64,000 nucleotides of DNA from Eledone cirrhosa (lineage: Eukaryota), in assembly GCA_964016885.1 (NCBI GenBank), contig OZ024746.1:57226001-57290000 (forward strand), read 5' to 3'. The translations under genes were made by a program, and so were the position numbers. Positions 54,600 through 64,000 of this stretch are shown here, in pieces (position 1 is the stretch's first letter; each line of letters begins with the position of its first letter). Under the pieces are notes generated by a model, which ran no database searches, was not told the origin of the DNA, and saw nothing but the letters and a program-made list of their open reading frames with translations.

Positions 54600-56050
54600 G
54601 GACCAACCCAAACGTTGGGTACTAGCAGCAACAGATAAAACAACTCTCAAGTATAAATGTATTTTTGTGTAGTCTCGCAAAGACGAGATGCCCCCCACCA
54701 ACTACATATGAAGTCAGTACTGAAGTGTACCTTAGATGCACGCCGGGATTGTGTGGGAATAACTGATAAGAGGTAGTGAGCAAAAGGCCCGCGTACCTGA
54801 TCAGCCAGTTCCAACTACCTGACAGATACCGACTAGAATTACCCAATGCTCCAGTCTGGACATCGCCCAATCACATAGTGTCATCTAGATCGTATGTAGA
54901 TACGATTTTCATTAGGTCGCGAATAAAAAGAAACAATAGAGATAATTTCAGGACCCTAACCTTGCTAAATACGGATTTTTGAAATTTGTTTCAGGTTTTA
55001 GTGAAACAACCTCCACATTATGCGATATATCATAGGAAGGGTGGCTAAGGAGCTTGGCATGGTTGGGGATCTGATGAACTTTGATCATCGAAACACTTAG
55101 GAAAGAGTCGACCATCGGAACGTGACGGTTATCATAGCAGTGGGTTGCTTCAATGCACATGAACATTTGTTCACAGCTCAGAGTGAACAGCAACCTCTCG
55201 AAACCATTCAATATCATGCACTCGGTCTGCCAACGATGTTCTCTCTCGGTACTGTTGTACGTTTTGTCTCTCGAACCTCAAATTTACAAACTGGAGAAGT
55301 TGAATTACACCCCAGGCGAACTAGAATGTGGATGACCCGTGTCAGCACACGCCTACGAAGTCACCTTGTGTAGTCGAAAAACAAAAATATAGAGATGATC
55401 GGTACCACTCTCGAGGAATATGAAGCGATAACAGGAGAAAAAAATGTATGCAGGAATATCGGTGGGTCCGTGGCGAAGGACGTGGAGAGGTACATCCATC
55501 TCGTTGAAATTGGTCGCCAGGCATTTGACGGAATGACCAGTTCAATTGTTCGGGTTATAGTTTGGTTCAGAATTGCAAACAACAAGAATGAGGTAACAAA
55601 CATGGAGCCTCTGTCACACAAATATGGTCTAAGAAGAAGCTATCATTGAAAGTTTGGGCAGAGGTGTCAAACGCGTATATCGCCTCCCTCATCTTCTACC
55701 GATTGTCCGTCGCGCCTTGTAAAATGACAACGTTGTGCCGGGTAAAATGACAACGTTCCTGGGAAATACGTGTGCATCGACGCAAATGAACTAGCTACAC
55801 ATTTCCAGTGTTTTTCGGCCCAGGGCCCATTGATATCTTCCAGAAATCCTCGTGCTGATGGTAATACCGTGGAACGTTACCATGCAGCCGAGCCTGTTCG
55901 AGATGCAAGCAAGGAAACGAAACAACCTTGCACACACACACACACACCGAGTGTCAGAGTATTGCTGGCTGTATGTCAACAACCTGCTGTAATTATCGGA
56001 CGGATCCGACTATCCATTCAGTCCGTTGCGAAGATCCCCTCACCGTCCTC
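54600..56050 (+). mobile_element. Decayed, internally deleted L1/Tx1-clade ORF2 (APE + RT remnants)
   Basis: DRYRLELPNAPVWT...SRSYVDTIFIR (APE), DNFRTLTLLNTDF (RT motif 1), SVCQRCSLSVLLYVLSLEP (QG.PLSP motif), SAHAYEVT (decayed YADD), YEAITG. Confidence 0.75.
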
Positions 56051-57014
56051 ATTTAGAAAGAAGAGAAACGCAAGTTTGTTTCTGGCTTTTGGCCATTATG
56101 AAACAGTGCCTGTGTTGTTGAAAGTGTTGAAGATCATTCCTCTTCGGCGAAGCCCTAATTAACTTTTTCAGGTTTCAGGTTTCAGGTTTCAGGTTTCACT
56201 CGAATAGAAGAAACGATGGAGGAGAGGGTAACATTGCTTTCCGACCAGTGTGTCGAAAGATCATCGAGAGAAGTGAGCAGTGTCAGATTGTGATGGGCCT
56301 GGTCTGAATATACATCTGTAAATTGGAGTAAGACAAGTGAGAAAGGGAACTTGCTCTACCCGTCGAGTCTTTCGTTGATTTGCGTGGCTTTCTCTTCGAC
56401 TGGCCATCTAAGATATGGCAAGCTTGGGGGAATATGCTATGTTTTATTTTTAAATGTTTATGCATTTATTCTTTGGTATATTTTTCTTCACATATTGTAC
56501 CTTCCTTTGCTTTCTTCACTATCCATGGACTGAAAGCCATGTATGGCTATGAAGTTAACCATAATTAGTCCTATTAATGTTGTTGCTCTTAAGTTTCTTG
56601 TTGTTGTTATTCCCTCAGTCGTCAATAGCCTAAAGTACAATCCAAAAGTATTTGCCGTGCACCGAATTAGAAACGATTATTATTATTATTATCATTTGTT
56701 TTGTTTAATATTATAAAACAAAACCGGAGAAAAAATTGGATGAAGAAAGAGGAACGTGAGAGAATACATGAAGTATAATAAAATGGATAAAAATGAAGAA
56801 AATTATTACTGAATGTTTAAATCATCTGACGCCAATCTGACTTGAATACGACCATCCATATTATATTTAGATATACAGAATAATGTATTTATGAGCGGAA
56901 GGTTATTTTAAAAGGACAGCAGTGAAGGCAGAAACCATATCTTTTTTATTGACGTTAATAGTCTCTCCTTGTAATACAAGCATCAGGTCAAATACTTTTT
57001 TTCTTTTTTATTTA

Positions 57015-57055
<41 letters not shown>

Positions 57056-57071
57056 TCAAATTTATTATTAT

Positions 57072-57109
<38 letters not shown>

Positions 57110-57767
57110 ACATATGCATATATTATTCTGTGTGAGGATTATCTAGTTGTATGTGTGCGTGTGTGTGTGCACGCGCGCGCGCGTATGTGTACGTGTATGT
57201 GCGTGCGTATGTTTGCGTTTGTTTTCTTGTGAGTGTTTGTTTTCTCGTGAGCTTACGTGCATGGCTATCAAGTGGGTCTGGCTGTACACTGTGTATATGT
57301 CTCTGTGTGATGTTTCGTCTTGATATTTCACCATTTCTAAAATATATAAAGGAAAATGGGAAAATGTTCGTATCTTCTTTCTAGTGAACATTTTGAAAAA
57401 TATGAATTGTTTCAATGAAACACGAAATGGGAGATATGCTGTCAAAATGAAACAAATGGGAATTTCAATGAATAATGATATACTGATAACGATGTTTCAT
57501 TTTGTTTCTGCCTTTTACAACAAACAAGGGTATTTTATTTTAAAATTATTAATACGATTATTATTATAGTGTTTTTCCTTTTCCTTCAGTTTGCTTTCCA
57601 TTTCTGGCAGAATGTTACCTAGAGCAGAGAATCTCACTGCATACTTTGTTAAGCCACAAAAACAAACACACTAGATTGATAATGTCACACACTTTACACA
57701 GTTAACAGTATATCATTTCCTTTATACATATGCAGATTATCTGTTTAAAATCATATTTACAAAAGAA

Positions 57768-58275
57768 TAATTGTTTTTACTTTTCGCATAAGGCCAGCAA
57801 TTACGCAATGCCATTACTGGTACTTTATTTTATCTACAAAGTAAGGATGAAAGGCAAAGTTAACCTCGGCGGAATTGGAACTCAGAATGGCAAGGGCCAT
57901 GACTCGATGCGTCAAAGCATGGTGTCCGACCCTCTACCGATACTGCCAACCCACTAACATTACAAAATCATATTTACAAAATAATAATATTCAGACATAT
58001 AACATTGCTCAGTTATTTACATCTTACATAATTATGAAATATAATTTAATAAAGTTAAGGAAAAAAATTATATATCCTTAGTGCTCTTCTCAATACCTGT
58101 GCGATAACAGTAAAACCACTTCTTTGAACTTCTTTTAATAATTGTTTCTACTTTTGACACAAGGCAAGCAATTATCCCAGTGTATTACTGGTACTTTATT
58201 TTATCAACTCCGTAATGATGAAAGCAAAGTTAACCTCAGCGGGATTTGAACTCAGACCATAAAGGGCCGTAACTT
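57768..58275 (-). mobile_element. Two SINE copies (~57768-57955 and ~58138-58275)
   Basis: Same family consensus as 36948-37135. Confidence 0.8.
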
Positions 58276-58559
58276 ATTTTAATAATGGTAGGCAATAACA
58301 TTCTAAAATAATGTTCTGTCTCTTTTCTATTATTTCTAGTGTTCTTACAATCATAAGTATAATGGCCACCTTGAGATGCCACAATGTCAGACTGCATGTC
58401 TTTATATTTTCTGAGTTATTTTACCGCAATAACATAATTACATGGGATGCTTATATGAATCAATAAAAAAACATTTTTTTTTTTAATTTGGTGTTTTAAA
58501 ATAATATGTGTCCTATTAGCGTTAATGGTTCTGGTGGAAGTCCCAAAGAATACCTACAT

Positions 58560-59660
58560 TTTCCCCCTGGGTTACAGTCTCAGCAGCTTTGATTTTATAA
58601 TGCTGAGATATTAACTATTGCAGATATTGACCAACTCTGGCATGCCTTGAGTTGTACTCTACCATTGATAAAATTTTACATCCAGAGATAAAGCTGTCCA
58701 CTGTTTCATTCGCATCATTGCAGAATGAGCAAATTGCCCAACTCCCTATCTCATCATATTGGCCTGATAGTTCCGAGTTAATAAGAATTGATCTTAGACA
58801 GCAAGATAAAGCCTTCACTATGTGCCTTTACCATTGACTTACGTAGCCACTGATGGGTGATGGGTCTTCTTCTGGTTAACATCAGCTTGTTTACTACGGC
58901 CCCATATTTGCCATGCAGTGGTTTCTGAACTCAATGTTAACTCTCTCTGCTCTTTTTTCTTAGCCATTATATTTACTTTGCAACAACAGTCGTCACACTT
59001 CCCTAGATCTCTCCAACAACGATACCACTCATGAGATCAATAGCATATATTTTGCTCTCTTTCAAGATCGAATGAATCTTCTTTTGCCTATCATGGTTTT
59101 CGAGGAGTTTCCGTATTTAGTCGTTTGTTGCTCCGAGATATTTGGCCAGTAAAATTGTCGAGCTTTTGTAATAAAGATCACACTGGTCCAAGCCCCTGTC
59201 TCCTTCAGTTCCGGGAATGTAAATCATATATCTTTCATTTTTTGGGGGTGGGGGTGGGGGTGCATCTTATCACAAGTCAACAATGTCCGAATTTGTCCGT
59301 CTATTGGTTTATTTATTAGCAAGTAATACCGCTTGCTACCCAGTTAGGCGTTTTTTTTCAGAATCTTTCTCAATTTCATTCAACATCTTGACTAAATTTT
59401 GTGTGCGCACGAACGTGATAAAACCAGAAATTTGGCACCCTGTATTTACCACGATATTTGTAATTATGATCCTTTGTGCGAGTCATCTTTATGTCTGCTA
59501 TAGAGACGTCTGCTCATGTTTGTTCTTGCATTTTTTTAAGGAATATTTTGTTCGTCTAATCCAATCTAATTTTTCATAGAATGTCTTCTCTTCACGTTCT
59601 CCAAATGTTTCCGAATTCATCCAGATTACATCATATGCTTTCGATGCCCTCTCTATAAAC
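58560..59660 (-). mobile_element. R4/Dong-like (RLE) non-LTR retrotransposon, decayed
   Basis: Minus strand QKPLHGKYG and CSFCNDANETVDSFISGCKILSMVEYNSRHARVGQYL, i.e. a CCHC-type finger plus Y..RH motif. Confidence 0.7.
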
Positions 59661-59904
59661 TAACAACTAGTTTTTCGAAACAGACTCGCTTAAGATTGCT
59701 GCAGATTGTAAAATCACTTGTGTATATACTTGTTTGAAACGCACAAGCCGATATTACATCGAATGCCAGTTCTTTAACAAATACATAAATAATTTCGGTG
59801 CTGTTTTTATACCTTAGCCAAATCCAGTCTTTATTGGGAAGACACCTCATTAAATGCACTCATGCCGAAACCGCATTATCATTTGTTCAGATTGATTTTC
59901 ATGA

Positions 59905-60093
59905 GCAGTGGGTTGGCAGCATCGGTAGAGCGTCAGACAATATGCTTGGCAGCATAGAGGTTAGGCCCTTTACCTTCTGAGTTAAAATGTATCCAAGGTT
60001 ACCTTTGCCTTTCATCCTTACGTGGTCGATAAAATAAAGCATCAGTAATCCATAGAGGTAATTGCTGGCCTTGTACAAAAAATAGAAACAATT
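59905..60093 (+). mobile_element. SINE (same family as 5366)
   Basis: ctttgcctttcatccttacgtggtcgataaaataaag...attgctggccttgt...tagaaacaatta. Confidence 0.8.
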
Positions 60094-60839
60094 ATCGTGT
60101 ATTAAGACATTGCATCCGAGATTGTATCAACATATGTGATGATCTTCGCGTAGTTTATGATTACGTAGAGGATTTCATTGTAATCTCTTTTTGATAGAAG
60201 ACACTAAGTTATCCCCATTGGTCGTCTGTCGCTACTAACGTTAAACAGTTTCACATACATAAATTGGCAATAAAATTTCAATTATCAATTATACGGATTT
60301 CATGTTTATTTGATTACGGTAATATTTCTGTGAATAAATGACTCACAAACAAAACAAATCATCATAAAACATTATAATATGTATATAAACATATCTTGAA
60401 GAAGTGTTTTATTGGATTGAAATTGTTTTGTCGGAGTTAATTCATTGCAAAACAGTTAGAGGTAAATCCAATGGAACTCAAATTGACATAAAATTCAATA
60501 TTATGACGCTTGAATAAGATATAGAGCGCAATAGTTTCATATAAATATTTATATTGTCACTATTGCGGAATATATACATCAAATAATTATATCTATAATT
60601 TGTGTAAACATTTCCGACACTTCATTTATACAGTTGTAGGGGACATTATAGACAAGATAGAAATCGAAATCCTAAAGAATTTGTGCAAATGGAATTAGGG
60701 ACCGTTATAAATAATGAAAATATCACGTAAAAATAAAACATTTTACAACAGAAAGAAATATATGTAAAAAGTCATAACGTAACAAACGCAACCTTATAAA
60801 CAATGAGAACAGCATATCTACATATATTATTAACTTTAC

Positions 60840-60888
<49 letters not shown>

Positions 60889-60917
60889 CATACATATATG
60901 TATATATATATATACAT

Positions 60918-61108
60918 CAGGAAAAGTATCACCCCAACGGCAGAGCTGAAGCCGTTTCGATGACTATTTCTGTCCAGAAACAGCCGTCGAAACGGCCTGA
61001 GCTCTGCCGTCGGGGTCATACTTTATCTTATTACCAACTTTACTACCCTAAGTATTGAGTACTCTGGTGCGTTATGGTCCATCTGGTTTCTTACCACAAC
61101 TCGTTCGT
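60918..61108 (+). mobile_element. Repeat family X copy with fold-back 5' arm
   Basis: aaagtat.acccc.acggcagagct..agccgtttcga mirrors tcgaaacggcctgagctctgccgtcggggtcatacttt. Flanked by TA runs. Confidence 0.7.
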
Positions 61109-61595
61109 TATATATATATATATCACGATAAATTAACGGAGCCATAGACTCTCGTTATTCCCTATCGTGATATGTCGCTCCTTATAACAGACTTTCCTCT
61201 CTCTCTGTTTGGTTGAGCACATTTCTTTGAGTGGTCTTTGGGCTGCCTTTTCTAGCAGCTGGTGCCTCAGATACAACTGGTTCACTGTCCTACACACGCT
61301 GTCACATCTCTCTGCCGCGTGTAGCTGGACGGTCGCTTTAGATTCTCTTAGAGTTGTCTGGAATGTATAGTCTTGCACGCGCTGATGACCCATATGTTAT
61401 TCCATTTCAGTCAACAATTTCCTGGCGAAACAGATCTCTTTGGATTTGTACACGTGTGTTATATAGTTATAGTGTGCATATATAAATTTTTATTTATATT
61501 TTTAATTATTGTGTGTCTACCCTACCTTTCATAGATTATAGATTCCATACACTTGTGGTTTTCATGTATTATATATATACATACATACATACATA

Positions 61596-61652
<57 letters not shown>

Positions 61653-62849
61653 AAAAGGTAAACAAAAATAACAACAATCGGTACAGTATATGGAAGAAAT
61701 ATATTAGGTTAACGATTGAAATAGCAGGAGAGAGAGTGCCTAGTTTCGGAGGGTGGAATTGGAAAAAAAGTATTTAGATAAAAATAACAGGTAGATTCAT
61801 GTTGACTTCTCTTGAAAAACTGTTAATGCCGGCGTTTTGTGAATGATTTGATTTTTAGAAAAGTGGATGATGAAGCGCGTCTACCTCAAATGGAAATAAA
61901 CTTTTTGTATAAAGACCTATGCTTGAGGACCTACCATTACCGATGCAGATTAGTTGCAGATCATTGTACCTACAAGAAACTGAACATTTGTTTTTTTATG
62001 AAATACTGGTAAAAGTATAAGGTCACAAATTTAATTGATGTTGTATTCCATTCAATCCATGTAAGTACTCAGCCGTTGCTTTAGTTTAACAAACCAAAGG
62101 TTAGGCAAGTGTAGTTGAATTTAGTGAAAGTTGAAATGCCAGCATAATGAATCGCGAACAATTTGGAAGCCATTTTGCATGATGCTCGAATAATCCAGCC
62201 AAGCCTCTAATAGTATGTATAGAAAAATCTAGGTCCGAGGAAGTTTTCAACTACATAAAACTAGTGCAACCAGAAATTGTTTAAATTATTTTGATAATTC
62301 GTCTGCAGAATGCAATGCACTTTATTGTAAAGAACAGAACATTTCTATTACCATACCATGCGCCTTCTTCATGATATACGATAGCATAACATATTTAGGA
62401 TTCCATGTTTTTTTTTCACTACAGTAAAGCATTATAAAGAGATACAACCTGCTACTTGCTAGGCTGTTAAAGAGAGAACTCTGTAAACGATTCATGAGAA
62501 AAGGAAAAGAAGCGAAAGCAACGAAGATGAGAAAAATGGAAATAGGGCTACATTATTATCAATATCAATATGTAAGGGCCTAGAGTTATATAAAAACATG
62601 ATACCGAAAATACGTGTAAAGATAAGGTTTTATAAAGTGAAATTTATTGCTGAGTTACGTTTTACTGTTTTGGTTCATATTGGCATTTTTTTTATATTTA
62701 CGAGTAGATAATGTATAGGCACGCACGCTTAGTAAGACACACGCTCATTTAAACAAACAAATAAACTAACATATATACATATATGCATACATACACAGAT
62801 GTATACACTCATACATGTATACATGCATAAATAAATAAATATATATATA

Positions 62850-63168
<319 letters not shown>

Positions 63169-63400
63169 AATTTCTATTTATTTGCCACGAGGGCATAAAA
63201 GAAGGGGACATTTACACAGTGGGGGAGTTTACATAAATCGAGTAAAGAAAAAAGGAATAACAATAATAATATAACAATAAAAAGTCCTCAAAAGGGAGGG
63301 GGCGTGTTGGGGATTGCACATACCCCCGAAAAGTGTGCAACTCTTTTCGCGGGGGAAGCCCAGAGAGGAGGCGCTCCCCCTTTCCTCTTCACTTCTTCAC

Positions 63401-64000
63401 CTACAGAACAATGTAGAGAGAAGGCCCATTTACACGGGCCATTCTCGCTTCTTTCACCCACCTTTCATAAAACTGTCTGGGACCAAGCACTTCTCTCTCC
63501 ATCCTGATTCTTCTTCCGAAGTGGTATCGGAAGAAGTAAACCAGGTGATGGCCGGAGAGAAAGTCACCCGACCTCAGACCTTTCAGGCGCGTCCACCACA
63601 CAACCTCTTTCATCATGGCTATTACGCACAGAAAGACCGCCTCTGCTTCATTTCTGAAGGGAGGAGGCGGCTTGATGTTCACCACAGACTCGGCGGTTAA
63701 TCGAATCGGCGCCACACGCGACAGCAGTCGTTCGACGTAGCCCCACAGATCGGCAACGCCCGGGCAGTGTACCAGTGCATGCGCAACGGTTTCCTCGTCG
63801 CGCACGCATCTGGGACAGATCTTTTTCGCGGGATCCCTGCCCGGGCGCCCGTGTCTGTAGAGCTTTTCTCGAACGGGCAGAGCCCCCCGGTAACACTGCC
63901 AGGCTAGGGACCTCTGGAAGTTGTCCATGGGTCCCGGGCCGAAAGTTCTACCGAACAGGCTGGCCAGTTCGTCCTCCTCCATGCCTAGCGACTCTCCAAG
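63401..64000 (-). CDS. L1/Tx1-clade LINE ORF2 C-terminus (CCHC zinc knuckle); open to the window edge, 3'UTR to ~63170
   Basis: LAWQCYRGALPVREKLYRHG...CPRCVRDEETVAHALVHCP..ADLW matches the zf-RVT-type C-terminus. No stops, high GC. Confidence 0.88.
   Translation of the reverse strand, partial: LGESLGMEEDELASLFGRTFGPGPMDNFQRSLAWQCYRGALPVREKLYRHGRPGRDPAKKICPRCVRDEETVAHALVHCPGVADLWGYVERLLSRVAPIRLTAESVVNIKPPPPFRNEAEAVFLCVIAMMKEVVWWTRLKGLRSGDFLSGHHLVYFFRYHFGRRIRMEREVLGPRQFYERWVKEARMARVNGPSLYIVL

Noticed and set aside
55361-55621. Minus-strand ORF with a signal-peptide-like start
   Set aside because: It is antisense to a decayed L1/Tx1 RT that explains the region.

Overview
AT-rich, repeat-dominated eukaryotic DNA, most likely from an octopus or other cephalopod (inferred from the dense (TA)n/(CA)n/(GA)n tracts and the recurrent tRNA-headed SINE family; not verified by search). 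No intact host gene is recognisable, and most listed ORFs are microsatellite artefacts. The main feature is a ~15 kb, near-homogeneous array of a 311-bp monomer: 40 copies, an inversion junction at 25181-25185, then ~8.3 inverted copies, with (TA)n at both ends. Each complete monomer carries a minimal type I hammerhead ribozyme motif inside a highly self-complementary unit, so it looks like a non-LTR retrozyme. The same architecture (tandem or circularly permuted unit, inverted partial copy, ends in (TA)n) recurs in a 591-bp element whose hammerhead has a compensatory U3-A8 core, in several short fold-back elements, and in Penelope-like retroelements (PLEs) in the window. Four PLE-type elements are present: two with RT remnants plus GIY-YIG, and two that appear endonuclease-only. 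Together these suggest a PLE-mobilised, (TA)n-targeting ribozyme/circular-RNA system. The rest is decayed RTE, L1/Tx1, R4/Dong and CRE non-LTR fragments, SINEs and one candidate first exon. All ribozyme calls were folded by eye and are untested.
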